Positions 1 through 8,736 of a DNA stretch of 64,000 nt are shown piece by piece. The position numbers and the translations under genes are program-made. The notes beneath the pieces are model-generated. The model was not told where the DNA came from. It worked only from the letters and a program-made list of their open reading frames with translations, and searched no databases. Source of the stretch: a virus (lineage: Duplodnaviria > Heunggongvirae > Uroviricota > Caudoviricetes); the IMG/VR virus record IMGVR_UViG_3300006099_000006, positions 22,393-86,392 of that record; one strand, given 5' to 3'. Numbering within the stretch: the first letter of the stretch is position 1; each line of letters opens with the position of its first letter.

Positions 1-960
1 CGACGACGCTGGGACCGGAATGCGGACAACGGGAAAGGGAAATGGCGAGACATTAACGAACCCTTATTATGGCCGGACCAGTGCGTCCATCACGCGGTAT
101 TGCAGCCGATGATCCCGCACATCATGCGGAGCATGGATCGCTACTGTATCGCAAGCGTTCCCGGTCGGGGCAACTCCTATGGCGTGAAGACCATCAAGAA
201 GTGGATGAAGAATGATCCAGTCGGCACCCGGTACGCGCTGGAGTGCGACATCTATCACTGCTTCGAGGAGCTGGACCCGCCGCACGTCATCAATGCATTG
301 AAGCGGCTGTTCAAGGATCAGGAGACCCTCTGGCTGTGCGACGCCATGATGGAGTACGGCGTGCTGATCGGCGCGTTCTTCTCCGCCTGGTTCCTGCATC
401 TGACGCTTCAGCCGCTGGACCTGATGATCCACGACAAGAAGTACGGCGTGAGCCATTCCATCCGTCAGATGGACAACTTCACCATCTTCAGCTCCAACAA
501 GCGAAAGCTGAGGAAGCTGTTCGAGGACATAAACGCTTGGTTGGCGGAGATCGGATTGAAGCTGAAGGGAACGTGGCAGGTGTTCCGGGTCGGCTTCACT
601 CCCAAGGTGGAGAGGGAACACGCGCTTCTCACGGAGAAGCAACAGCGCCACCGCAGGCCGAGGATGCCGTCGGCTCTGGGCTACCGGTTTGGGCACGGCT
701 ATACCATTCTGCGAAAGCACAACCTGTTCCGACTGAAGCAGGGCCTGCACGCCTATTACTACCGACGAGATCGGAACCGGGTCATCTCGTTCAAGAGAGC
801 GTCCGGCCTGATCTCAAGATTGGGACAGCTCCGAAAATGCAATAGCCAGAAGATATTGGAGCGGTTCTATCAACCAAAGACGATGTTCGATTTGAAGAAG
901 GTCGTCCGAAGGGAATGCAGGAGGCTTCAAGCACTATACCCGCCCTATGTGGCGGCATAA
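1..960 (+). CDS. Reverse transcriptase-like protein, 3' portion. The frame is open to nt 1, so the 5' end lies outside the window.
   Basis: Frame 1 has no stop from nt 1 to 960. RT motif 2 is DIYHCFEELDPPHV. Motif 4 is IGAFFSAWFLHLTLQPLD (I-G, DGR-RT-like). The motif 5 position reads RQMDNF instead of YxDD. A basic thumb-like tail follows. Confidence 0.5.
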   Translation, partial: RRRWDRNADNGKGKWRDINEPLLWPDQCVHHAVLQPMIPHIMRSMDRYCIASVPGRGNSYGVKTIKKWMKNDPVGTRYALECDIYHCFEELDPPHVINALKRLFKDQETLWLCDAMMEYGVLIGAFFSAWFLHLTLQPLDLMIHDKKYGVSHSIRQMDNFTIFSSNKRKLRKLFEDINAWLAEIGLKLKGTWQVFRVGFTPKVEREHALLTEKQQRHRRPRMPSALGYRFGHGYTILRKHNLFRLKQGLHAYYYRRDRNRVISFKRASGLISRLGQLRKCNSQKILERFYQPKTMFDLKKVVRRECRRLQALYPPYVAA

Positions 961-972
961 AGGAGTGATACC

Positions 973-1338
973 ATGAAAGTACAGGGGATGGTCGATCCCG
1001 GCCGCTTTACCGTGGAGCAAATCCCCGGGACTGACAAGAGCCTCGTTCGGCTCTTTCAAAATGTGGTGCCTGTCCAGAAGGAGGACTTCAATGGGTTCGA
1101 GTATGACGAGTACCACGTCGAAGTCGAGACCTGGGACGGCGTCGCTCAGAACGTTCAGGACAACTATGAGGAGTTCCTGAAGAAGGGCATGGACAATGAG
1201 GTGGACCGGAGCAACGAGGCGCTGTTTCGGGCGCAGACGGCCACCGACACCGCCATTCAGGACATGGATGCCATGAACGTGGACCACGAATATCGGCTGA
1301 CCTTGCTGGAGCTGGGCCTGTCCGAGGATGATATTTGA
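973..1338 (+). CDS. hypothetical protein, 121 aa
   Basis: ORF with RBS AAGGAG 8 nt upstream of the ATG; acidic protein. Confidence 0.6.
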   Translation: MKVQGMVDPGRFTVEQIPGTDKSLVRLFQNVVPVQKEDFNGFEYDEYHVEVETWDGVAQNVQDNYEEFLKKGMDNEVDRSNEALFRAQTATDTAIQDMDAMNVDHEYRLTLLELGLSEDDI

Positions 1339-1356
1339 GGAAAGGAGGAGTAGACC

Positions 1357-1491
1357 ATGTTGTATCGTACTTTGAAGCGTATGATCGAGCGCGGCCAGAC
1401 CGAGGGTATTGAGAAGAGACTGGATGTCTTCTACGCCGCCGGCAAGCTCACCGACGACGAGTATTCCGAGCTGATTGGGATGCTGAAGTAA
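1357..1491 (+). CDS. hypothetical small protein, 44 aa
   Basis: GGAGGAG RBS then ATG. It lies below the ORF-track size cutoff and was found by hand. Confidence 0.4.
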   Translation: MLYRTLKRMIERGQTEGIEKRLDVFYAAGKLTDDEYSELIGMLK

Positions 1492-1522
1492 GCGGACCGC
1501 CGAAACAAAGAAGTAGCAGGAG

Positions 1523-1864
1523 GTGACAGATATGGACGGAGATTACATCTCTCGCCATGAGCACGAGGAGTTCCGCCGGAGTATGGAGGCCGAGAATCAG
1601 CGTTTAGAGGACGAGAACAAGCGCCAGAACCATCGGCTTGATGCTTTGGAGAGAACCATCGAGCAGGTTGCCGCGATCAGCACATCCGTGGAGAAGTTGG
1701 CTCTGAACATGGAGAACATGCTGAAGGAGCAGGTCTCCCAAGGGAAACGTCTGGAAACACTGGAGAGCCGCGACGGTGAGATGTGGCGAAAGGTGGTTGG
1801 CTATGTCATCACCACCATTATCGGCATCGTTGTCGGTTACTTTTTCAACCACCCCATCGGGTAA
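1523..1864 (+). CDS. XhlA-like protein, 113 aa, with coiled coil and C-terminal TM helix
   Basis: RBS GGAGGTGA. N-terminal coiled coil plus a single C-terminal TM helix, which is the architecture of phage XhlA haemolysin-like lysis accessory proteins. Confidence 0.5.
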   Translation: MTDMDGDYISRHEHEEFRRSMEAENQRLEDENKRQNHRLDALERTIEQVAAISTSVEKLALNMENMLKEQVSQGKRLETLESRDGEMWRKVVGYVITTIIGIVVGYFFNHPIG

Positions 1865-1879
1865 GCGGGAGGGCGGTAT

Positions 1880-2263
1880 ATGTTGCATATCAAAGCAAAG
1901 GAAGCTGCTTCTTCGGTAGAAGAGCGACCCGCTGATATTTTGGAGGGTTCGGACATGGACTACCATCCCGAAGAGGAACGCGAAGATCCTATTCCGCCCC
2001 CCTCCGAGCCGAAGAAAAAAGCGACTACCATGAAGATTATCGTGTGGGTCTGTCTGCTCAATGGCTTTGCCTGGGTGTGGTGCAGCTACATTTTGGCATG
2101 GCTTGGGAAAGAGCAGATCGCCGAGAGTCTTTCACAGGTGGCGCTCACTGAGATCATCGGCGTGGTGTTGGTGTATGCCATCAAGTCCGTCGTTGAGAAC
2201 CTCAGCAAAAACAACTCATGGCCGGATAAACACGGCTCTGACCCGCCCGACGGCGTCGGGTAA
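1880..2263 (+). CDS. membrane protein, 127 aa, 2 TM helices (holin-like)
   Basis: Acidic N-terminus, two hydrophobic helices, charged C-terminus. Confidence 0.45.
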   Translation: MLHIKAKEAASSVEERPADILEGSDMDYHPEEEREDPIPPPSEPKKKATTMKIIVWVCLLNGFAWVWCSYILAWLGKEQIAESLSQVALTEIIGVVLVYAIKSVVENLSKNNSWPDKHGSDPPDGVG

Positions 2264-2279
2264 TGAAAGGAGAAACATC

Positions 2280-2651
2280 ATGGAAAAGCTGAACACAATC
2301 CAAAAGCGCAATAACCTGAATACTGTTTACAGAGACGGAGAGGCTGGGCCTGGCGGGGCGCATCATGATTATGTCGTATCGTTTGGCAGCAGTCTGCCGG
2401 AGAGCGATGCGGATGGGCTGCATATCCGTTTCCAGTGTGGGCCGCGCAAGGACCCGGAAGCGCGGAAGGGTGTGTGCGGTGCGGACCTGCTGGAGATCGT
2501 GCGCGATCAGTTGCGGGCGTTCCAGGCCGGCCCGTTCTCCTGTCGGGAAAATGCCTGTGCCTTGACACATATCGAGGAAGCATTGATGTGGTTAAACCGT
2601 CGGGCCGAGGACAGGGCGGAGCGCAACGTATTGGGCATGACTGAGAAGTAA
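2280..2651 (+). CDS. hypothetical protein, 123 aa
   Basis: RBS GAAAGGAG then ATG at 2280. This is an internal start of track ORF 2061-2651, in the same frame. Confidence 0.5.
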   Translation: MEKLNTIQKRNNLNTVYRDGEAGPGGAHHDYVVSFGSSLPESDADGLHIRFQCGPRKDPEARKGVCGADLLEIVRDQLRAFQAGPFSCRENACALTHIEEALMWLNRRAEDRAERNVLGMTEK

Positions 2652-2669
2652 TACAAGGAGGAATCGCGC

Positions 2670-2978
2670 ATGGAAAGTATTCTGAACTGGTCTGTGGTCA
2701 TCAGTATCGTCGGCGTTCTCGTGGTGCTGACCAACATCATCACCCAGGTTCTCAAGAAGGTTACCTGGGAGAAGCTTCCGACGAACATCCTGGTGGTCAT
2801 CATCTCGATGGTGCTGACCCTGGTGGCGTTCTTCGCCTACTGCCAGATCAAAGCGGTGGCCGTTGTGTGGTACATGGTCGTGGCGGCCGTCGTCCTGGGT
2901 TTTATGGTGGCGTATGCCGCTATGTTCGGATTCGACAAACTGAAAGAGGCCCTGACCCAGCTTGACGCGAGGAGGTAG
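2670..2978 (+). CDS. putative holin, 102 aa, 3 TM helices
   Basis: RBS AAGGAGG. Three predicted TM segments and a charged C-terminal tail. It sits in the lysis-like cluster. Confidence 0.5.
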   Translation: MESILNWSVVISIVGVLVVLTNIITQVLKKVTWEKLPTNILVVIISMVLTLVAFFAYCQIKAVAVVWYMVVAAVVLGFMVAYAAMFGFDKLKEALTQLDARR

Positions 2979-2981
2979 CCT

Positions 2982-3200
2982 ATGAACGAAAATCTCGGCA
3001 GCATCGAGCTCGTTGGTGTGGACAAGCAGTGCTACACAGATGGGAAGATGCGCTACAAACGCGAGTACCAGGGGCTCAGTCAGGACTTTGATAAGCTCCC
3101 CGTCAGCGACGATATGGCGGCCGGGAGTAGCTGTCTGTTCCTCGACAATGGCACTTACGCCCAGTATCATGCTGGGACGAAGAAGTGGTACCTGATTTAA
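2982..3200 (+). CDS. hypothetical small protein, 72 aa
   Basis: RBS GAGGAGG. Small protein in the tail-end/lysis region (XkdX-like position). Confidence 0.45.
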   Translation: MNENLGSIELVGVDKQCYTDGKMRYKREYQGLSQDFDKLPVSDDMAAGSSCLFLDNGTYAQYHAGTKKWYLI

Positions 3201-3213
3201 GGGAGGCGGTTGC

Positions 3214-3489
3214 ATGACAGGCGATCAGGCGTATGCCGTCCTGAAGGGACTTATCAAATCAACTCTTGCCGGAGCCGGCGCACTGAAAGGCGAGGATGGT
3301 AAGTCCGCTTATCAGATCGCTGTGGAGCTGGGCTTCGTCGGTACAGAGGAAGAGTGGATCGCCTCTCTTAAGGGAAAAGACGGCGGCCCCGCAGAGGGGA
3401 GCTATCTGAAAATCGAGGTCATGGATCGCGGTGAGTATGAGGCACTCCTCACCAAGGACCCGAATACCCTCTACATGCTTCGGGGCTAA
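3214..3489 (+). CDS. tail-fibre-motif protein, 91 aa. Contains a GKSAYQIAVELGFVGTEEEWIASLKGKDG collagen/tail-fibre C-terminal motif.
   Basis: The motif SAYxIAVxxGFxGTExEWxxSLKG recurs in phage tail fibre and BppU-like proteins. A strong terminator follows. Confidence 0.5.
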   Translation: MTGDQAYAVLKGLIKSTLAGAGALKGEDGKSAYQIAVELGFVGTEEEWIASLKGKDGGPAEGSYLKIEVMDRGEYEALLTKDPNTLYMLRG

Positions 3490-3520
3490 ATCGTTCAAAA
3501 TGGAGCAGTAAATGAAATAA

Positions 3521-3558
3521 CCCCGTGGGCCTTAGCCGGCCTGCGGGGCTTTCTTTCT
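3521..3558 (+). terminator. intrinsic terminator
   Basis: CCCCG...CGGGG stem with nested GGCC pairs, followed by TTTCTTTCT. Confidence 0.5.
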
Positions 3559-3605
3559 GTCCTGCGCACATTTTACATCCTCTGTTATGGAAAGGAGGAT
3601 GAATT

Positions 3606-3782
3606 ATGGCATTGAAACTTTATTTGATTGCCGGAATCATAGTCGAAGCTTTTATTCTCAAGGGATATGCTGAAGACGAGGTTCCCTATACAAAAGCTGA
3701 ACTATTTTTTGGCGGCATCATTGACATTCTAACATGGCCGATTGTTCTTCTGGTACACATCATTATTAACGGGGGTCGCTAA
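3606..3782 (+). CDS. small membrane protein, 58 aa
   Basis: RBS GGAAAGGAGG. AT-rich composition, unlike the neighbouring genes (moron-like). Confidence 0.4.
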   Translation: MALKLYLIAGIIVEAFILKGYAEDEVPYTKAELFFGGIIDILTWPIVLLVHIIINGGR

Positions 3783-4035
3783 TACAGCGGCTCCTTGCTT
3801 TGTGACTTGAAAAGAAAGAGACCGCTGGTGGCAGTCTCTTCTCAAACAATTTAGGCACTCCGTCTTTTCTTGGAAAGTTTATGCGATTTCTTTTTGCCTT
3901 TGGCGTAATTGAAATCAATGACTTTCATACAGGCCGCGCCAACACTCAAATATCGGAGCAGTGCCGCGTTTCATTTAACAAGATTTCCATTCCTACCGAT
4001 AACATGGAATACCTACTTCGGAAAGGAGAACTGTT

Positions 4036-4194
4036 ATGGGCATTGACAAAAAGCTGGTAAAGCTTTGGAAGGAGAAACGTGAGGACGTAGTCACCACGCT
4101 TAAGGTGTTGAGGGAACTCGACATCGTGAAGAAGGAAGATGTTGCGTTTCTGACGGAAAAACTGGACATCGCAGCCAGTGCAAACAACGAGTAA
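4036..4194 (+). CDS. hypothetical small protein, 52 aa
   Basis: RBS GAAAGGAGAA 6 nt upstream. AT-rich. Preferred over the antisense track ORFs 3946-4206 and 3993-4187. Confidence 0.4.
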   Translation: MGIDKKLVKLWKEKREDVVTTLKVLRELDIVKKEDVAFLTEKLDIAASANNE

Positions 4195-4543
4195 AACAGT
4201 ATACATTAAGGACGGAATTTCAAGTTGAGAGGGCTTAACGGCTCCTTTTTTCTTTTGTTCATTTGGGGGTTTTAAGAAGCAGAAAATAGTGTAGGAGGGC
4301 CGTTTACTTCTCGACTACTCCTACACCTTGACCGTTGAAGCCTTGAAAATACGGGACTTTGTGCTTCCATTATAGAAACACCCGCTTTCATTTACCACTC
4401 TCAACCGCTCTTAAACGCTACTATCCCAATGGTTTTAGCGGCAGTTAGAAGTGGAAAACTTTGTGGAGATGTAGATAACTTATCCATTATTTCTACACTG
4501 TTCCTATACCAATACTCCTATACCGCGAGAAAGGACAAACACA

Positions 4544-4723
4544 GTGAATAAAAATACAATCCTCTACCTCTGCGACGGTGAAGTTCCTACCTGCTGCAAG
4601 CCTGGCTCCTGCTACAAATATGGTGGTGAGTGCCGTCATACCACCGAAGAGACCCATGCCCTAAATCCGGAGCCTCGCAATCTTACTCCTGATGACCAGG
4701 GTAATCTCTGGGAGAGGGATTGA
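4544..4723 (+). CDS. Cys-rich small protein, 59 aa, GTG start
   Basis: RBS GAGAAAGGA. Motif C-x7-CC-x4-C-x7-C, probably zinc-binding. Confidence 0.35.
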   Translation: MNKNTILYLCDGEVPTCCKPGSCYKYGGECRHTTEETHALNPEPRNLTPDDQGNLWERD

Positions 4724-4758
4724 CCCAAAGAAAACGCCATTTCTAAAAGAGGGGAAAA

Positions 4759-4790
4759 GGATGAGACTGCCGCCAACAGTCTCATCCTTA
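4759..4790. terminator. intrinsic terminator (bidirectional candidate)
   Basis: Perfect 11-bp stem GGATGAGACTG / CAGTCTCATCC. Confidence 0.5.
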
Positions 4791-4795
4791 TATGT

Positions 4796-4972
4796 TTAAG
4801 CGTATTGGGCTATTAAGTCTATAACCCGGATGGATTTGCGTTGTTCGACGAACCGCTTACCTGTGTTCTTGTGAGATAAGAAACACAGGATTGCCGCATT
4901 TCCATACTGTCGATGGCCTTTTGAGTCGGGCCAGCCAAGTTTTCGGATTGTATTTACAAGATCCATACTCAT
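4796..4972 (-). CDS. hypothetical small protein, 58 aa, expressed from a sigma70-like promoter
   Basis: RBS GAGGAGG 8 nt upstream of the ATG on the - strand. This is a shorter version of track ORF 4796-5089, whose 5' extension overlaps the promoter. Confidence 0.4.
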   Translation of the reverse strand: MSMDLVNTIRKLGWPDSKGHRQYGNAAILCFLSHKNTGKRFVEQRKSIRVIDLIAQYA

Positions 4973-5060
4973 ATGCTTAAACACCTCCTCTCTTTTAGAA
5001 ATGGCGTTTTCTTCGATTCCCACCTCCAAGGCCTCCCAGAGTATTTTTCTCCTTCCGCAC

Positions 5061-5089
5061 ACTATAGCATGGGTCATTATCAAAGTCAA
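5061..5089 (-). promoter_or_regulatory. sigma70-like promoter TTGACT-N17-TATAGT reading leftward
   Basis: Seen directly: -35 at 5084-5089 and -10 at 5061-5066 on the - strand, with a 17-nt spacer. Confidence 0.45.
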
Positions 5090-5137
5090 TGCCGATACGC
5101 CTGGAAATGTTGTTAGAATTTTCGCCGATTATACACC

Positions 5138-6373
5138 CTATTTTATTTTTTCGATTTCCTGTTTCAACCACTCAAATTCGCGTTGGGTATAGACCTTTTC
5201 GGTGATGTCCGAAATCTTGTGACCGACCATGTACTTGATGGCGTACTCGTCTACGCCGGCTTTTTTGCAGGCTGTGACAAAGTGTTTTCTACCATCATGG
5301 GGACGATGCTCTGGATTTAGTTTCAGCTCATCCCGAACCATACCAAAACCTCTCTGGTATCGTGGGTAGGTCATCATCGTAGGCTTGCCACTTCTGCCAT
5401 CCGTGCAGTTGAAGAGATACTTACTGCCAAGTACGACAGCCTCTTTATATTTACGCTCGATGAGATGCCGTATCTTCGAGTGGATGGGAACGACCCGATC
5501 CATACCGGCATCAGTCTTGATACCGCCTTTGAACGTCCAGTTCTCAAGGTCGATATTCTCCAGCTCCAGCAAGCCGAGTTCTTGAGGGCGCCATCCCGAG
5601 TAGCATTGGATCAGCATGACATCTACAAATCGCTTGTCATCGACATGGAACCAGAGCTGTTCCATCTCTTCTTCGGTGAATGGGATGTGTTCCTGCTTCA
5701 CGGTCTGGATCTCTTTGATAGTTTCCTCGGTGAGATTGAACGTCCGAGAGTAGTTCCGATCGACCAACTCATACTCTAAAGCATAGTCCAGCATGAGATT
5801 GAAAAGAGATTTGATTTTGTTCTTCATGGATGCGCTGGGGCGCTGCTCTTTTCCTCTAACTTTGGCCGTACCCTCTTCCATACAGCCTTTCACATGACGG
5901 GCCCGGACATCCATCACCCGCATATCATAGACAGCCGAACAATAGGCCCAAGCCGATGTAACAGCTCGAATGCTGCCATCCGCTTTAAGGGTCTTGAAAT
6001 ACTCTTCTGACCATTTGTCGTAAAGCTCCCTAACTGTAATGGACGGCTCCAAATCATACGGATTTTTGTTGTACTCTACGAGAGCGGCGTAAGCGTCATT
6101 GTAAGTAGGGAAATAAGATTCCGGTTTCAGAGGCTTACAAATAGGCCGCCCTTCTGGGGTCTTTCCAACCGTAACCATCGCCCGAAAAGGGTTTCGGAGG
6201 TTACGGTTCTTTATTTCACTGATTTGACCAAAGCCATTGGGGAGGCGCCTTCGTTTGTTGCTCTTAACACGGGGTTTTCGTTTTACAGTGGGCTGCATCG
6301 GGTAGCCACAATGAGGGCAGGCCGTAGCCTTATCGCTAACTTGGAGTTCGCATTCAGGGCATTTTATTAACAT
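5138..6373 (-). CDS. int: tyrosine recombinase/integrase, 411 aa, with N-terminal zinc ribbon
   Basis: C-terminal catalytic region HRPHDGRKH...GHKISDITEKVYTQRE carries the R..H..R..Y signature. N-terminal motif CPECE-x11-CPHCG. Confidence 0.9.
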   Translation of the reverse strand: MLIKCPECELQVSDKATACPHCGYPMQPTVKRKPRVKSNKRRRLPNGFGQISEIKNRNLRNPFRAMVTVGKTPEGRPICKPLKPESYFPTYNDAYAALVEYNKNPYDLEPSITVRELYDKWSEEYFKTLKADGSIRAVTSAWAYCSAVYDMRVMDVRARHVKGCMEEGTAKVRGKEQRPSASMKNKIKSLFNLMLDYALEYELVDRNYSRTFNLTEETIKEIQTVKQEHIPFTEEEMEQLWFHVDDKRFVDVMLIQCYSGWRPQELGLLELENIDLENWTFKGGIKTDAGMDRVVPIHSKIRHLIERKYKEAVVLGSKYLFNCTDGRSGKPTMMTYPRYQRGFGMVRDELKLNPEHRPHDGRKHFVTACKKAGVDEYAIKYMVGHKISDITEKVYTQREFEWLKQEIEKIK

Positions 6374-6579
6374 GGCGGTTCCTCGTCTTTCTTTTCAAGA
6401 GTCTTAATCGGAAGCCTTTCGATCTTATCCACTATGCGTCCAAGTTTTTGAATGTTCCAGACAATCCCGGCAAATTTCAAAATGCCTATGACCTGCTGGT
6501 TTTTGTTATGCTCTTTTACACCCCCTTCTTCGGTATAGACCTTATGCAGAAAGTCTTTTGGGTTCACATGTTTCTTCAT
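6367..6579 (-). CDS. small protein, 70 aa, upstream of int (excisionase or regulator candidate)
   Basis: RBS AAAGGAG 8 nt upstream. Overlaps the int start by 7 nt. This is an internal start of track ORF 6367-6810. Confidence 0.45.
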   Translation of the reverse strand: MKKHVNPKDFLHKVYTEEGGVKEHNKNQQVIGILKFAGIVWNIQKLGRIVDKIERLPIKTLEKKDEEPPC

Positions 6580-6634
6580 CGAATAGCTCCTTTCGCAGGT
6601 TTGGCACCTCCTTTTATGAAGGAGGTTGACTACC

Positions 6635-6847
6635 ATGAAAATAGACAAAAAGTTAATGAACGAGGTTGAAGAGTTGTGGGTTGGCCACGAGGAGGCATTA
6701 ACGCACTTCGGACAAGTATGTGTCGCGGCAGCAAAAGCTGGGCACGATTGCAAAGTGCGAAGACATTTGCGTCTGGGTATGGTTGTAGCCACTGCGGCAA
6801 CTATCATCATTACATGCTGTTTAGATTTGATGAGCGAAACTTACTAA
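6635..6847 (+). CDS. hypothetical protein, 70 aa, divergent from the int operon
   Basis: RBS GAAGGAGG 9 nt upstream of the ATG. The track start at 6626 is a TTG. Confidence 0.45.
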   Translation: MKIDKKLMNEVEELWVGHEEALTHFGQVCVAAAKAGHDCKVRRHLRLGMVVATAATIIITCCLDLMSETY

Positions 6848-6954
6848 AACGGGAGAGGCTCGCGGAAACGCGGGCTCTTTCTTTTATTTTTCCCGTTTAT
6901 TTTGCTTTTCCCGCTATTTCCCTTTGTTTCGCCCTAATAATCATATATGATAGT

Positions 6955-6979
6955 GTAGGAATTGTCAAGTAATTCCTAC
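6955..6979. promoter_or_regulatory. perfect 9-bp inverted repeat GTAGGAATT-N7-AATTCCTAC (operator-like)
   Basis: Seen directly in the sequence, 60 bp upstream of gene 7036. Confidence 0.35.
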
Positions 6980-7035
6980 ATAACTTTTTAACTTAGATTA
7001 GGAAGCTCGTACCTTAGAACAGAAAGGAGTCATGT

Positions 7036-7407
7036 ATGATTGCCAAGAACGCGTCAGTCTGCCCCAAATGCGGAGGACATCTCAGATTCTTCGACACTGT
7101 GAAACGCATTGTACGGACAAAAGCTCGGGTGACAGAATGGATTGTAATACGCAGACTCCGGTGTACCATATGTGGTTCGTTACATAGGGAATTACCAGAG
7201 GAACTATTCCCTTACAAGCAGTACGAGGCCGAAGTCATTATCGGTGTATTGGAGGGCCTTATCACCTGCGAAACACTGGGGTTTGAGGACTATCCCTGTG
7301 AGATGACTATGGCCCGCTGGCTCGCTGAATTTACAGGTGCTGTTACGGAAAGGAGGTCGTACTATGAACGAGAAACGACTGATGGGCGAAATCGAGAAGC
7401 TGTGTAA
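7036..7407 (+). CDS. zinc-ribbon protein, 123 aa (DUF6431-like N-terminal CPxCGG...CxxCG)
   Basis: Two CxxC pairs; pattern resembles the DUF6431 family of Firmicutes. Confidence 0.5.
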   Translation: MIAKNASVCPKCGGHLRFFDTVKRIVRTKARVTEWIVIRRLRCTICGSLHRELPEELFPYKQYEAEVIIGVLEGLITCETLGFEDYPCEMTMARWLAEFTGAVTERRSYYERETTDGRNREAV

Positions 7408-7588
7408 AGACGGTCATACGGATGCGCTACTCTACCTGTGCCGGAACTATGGAGACGCGGCAATCGAAGGGTACAGACGTGGATACCGGAAAGCATTCTG
7501 GACAGGATTAGGCGTTTCCAGTCTGATCGTTACAGGTTGCATAGGAGCCATCGGGGTCATCATGAAACAGTACGGCAAGAGGAACTAA
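7364..7588 (+). CDS. small membrane protein, 74 aa
   Basis: RBS AAGGAGG. Overlaps the 3' end of the previous gene in another frame. C-terminal TM helix. Confidence 0.5.
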   Translation: MNEKRLMGEIEKLCKDGHTDALLYLCRNYGDAAIEGYRRGYRKAFWTGLGVSSLIVTGCIGAIGVIMKQYGKRN

Positions 7589-7664
7589 TCTAAGGAGGGA
7601 GCGGCTAAACGGCGGCTCTCTTCTTTTCGCCTATTTCGCAGGTCCTTTTACGGAGGTGACTGTT

Positions 7665-7946
7665 ATGGTAATCAGAAATAAAGAATACTACACTCAGTTT
7701 AACGAAGAGATGAAGCGAGACCATAGAGCTTTGGACTACCACATCCGACAGGCAGAGAACTACAAGCGTATCTACCAGCTCACAAAAGGGCGTTCGGGAG
7801 TATATGCCTTACTGAATAAATTTGCTAAGAGGATGAATCAGGTTCATTGTGATAAGGGAACTAAATTAGCGAAGCTGGACATGACGTGGTGCCTTTACGA
7901 AATGATGTACTTACAAAATTACATTCAGAAAGGAGAGGAGCCCTAA
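7665..7946 (+). CDS. array gene 1, hypothetical, 93 aa
   Basis: Preceded by CCTTTTACGGAGGTGA box. The stop codon lies in the loop of the terminator hairpin. Confidence 0.55.
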   Translation: MVIRNKEYYTQFNEEMKRDHRALDYHIRQAENYKRIYQLTKGRSGVYALLNKFAKRMNQVHCDKGTKLAKLDMTWCLYEMMYLQNYIQKGEEP

Positions 7947-8151
7947 CAGGGGCTCTTCCCTTTTGCGCGAATTTAACAACATCCTTTATGGAAAGGTGAA
8001 CATATGCGAGACGGTATGTTCTGAAAAAGGTGTTGCCCTTGAAGGTTTAGCTGACGGCTATCGAGGTACGGAGCAACTTAATGGTTAAACGGCGAGCCGC
8101 CTGTCTTTCTTTTGTTCTCGCAGATTCTGCAAATTCCTTTATGGAGAGGAA
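7942..8151 (+). repeat. 210-bp direct repeat, copy A (terminator hairpin plus two promoter-like boxes)
   Basis: Near-identical to 14590-14798. Confidence 0.7.
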
Positions 8152-8285
8152 ATAAGGGAAACTTTGAAAAGCCAAATTGTAAGACATGGTCGGCAGTTAC
8201 ATTCGCAAGGATGTGGCCCCAATTCATGCCCTCTTTTTTTTGTTTCCGCAGATTTTGCAAATCGTATTATGAGAAGGAGAGGAAA

Positions 8286-8470
8286 TCCGACGGGTTGTGA
8301 CCAAGCAACAAAATTGTTTGGTTTGGATGTTCGACTCATCCACGGCTCGTCTTTCTCTAAGAAAATGGATAGATGCGGGTGGAAATCCCGCGGTGAGACA
8401 CGAAGGCGTACCGCCAAGTAATAACTTAATAAAAGATGGTACCCACCGGGCAACGGTTTTCGTTGGGCCG
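8286..8470 (+). ncRNA. candidate non-coding transcript downstream of the box variant TTTTGCAAATCGTATTATGAGAAGGAG
   Basis: The same box variant drives the tRNA-like gene at 14951. There is no convincing CDS here; a CAACG-GTTTT-CGTTG hairpin and a T-run sit at 8448-8500. Confidence 0.2.
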
Positions 8471-8535
8471 ACCCTGAAGTCATTTTCTTTTTATTTTTCG
8501 CCAAATACTCAACGGCCTTTATGGAGGTGATTGAT

Positions 8536-8736
8536 ATGTTTTTGAACAAAGTTGAATCAATGAGTACAGTCACAAAGAAAGTCATTGACGATTTTAATCG
8601 AATGGATGATAAACAATTTATGGCAAAATATTTTTGCAGTAAGCTGACGTATGCAAAGCGAGTTGCGAAGTATGGTGATCCGTACATGAAAAGTCCACTC
8701 GCTAAAATCGGAAAATTTCTTAATAAAATATTCTGA
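8536..8736 (+). CDS. array gene 2, hypothetical, 66 aa, AT-rich
   Basis: CCTTTATGGAGGTGATTGAT then ATG. Confidence 0.5.
   Translation: MFLNKVESMSTVTKKVIDDFNRMDDKQFMAKYFCSKLTYAKRVAKYGDPYMKSPLAKIGKFLNKIF

Noticed and set aside
8164-8530. Track ORFs 8164-8421 and 8297-8530 as protein genes
   Set aside because: Both read through promoter-like boxes and hairpins. They start at TTG or GTG without a Shine-Dalgarno sequence. The interval is better explained as a non-coding or small-RNA unit.
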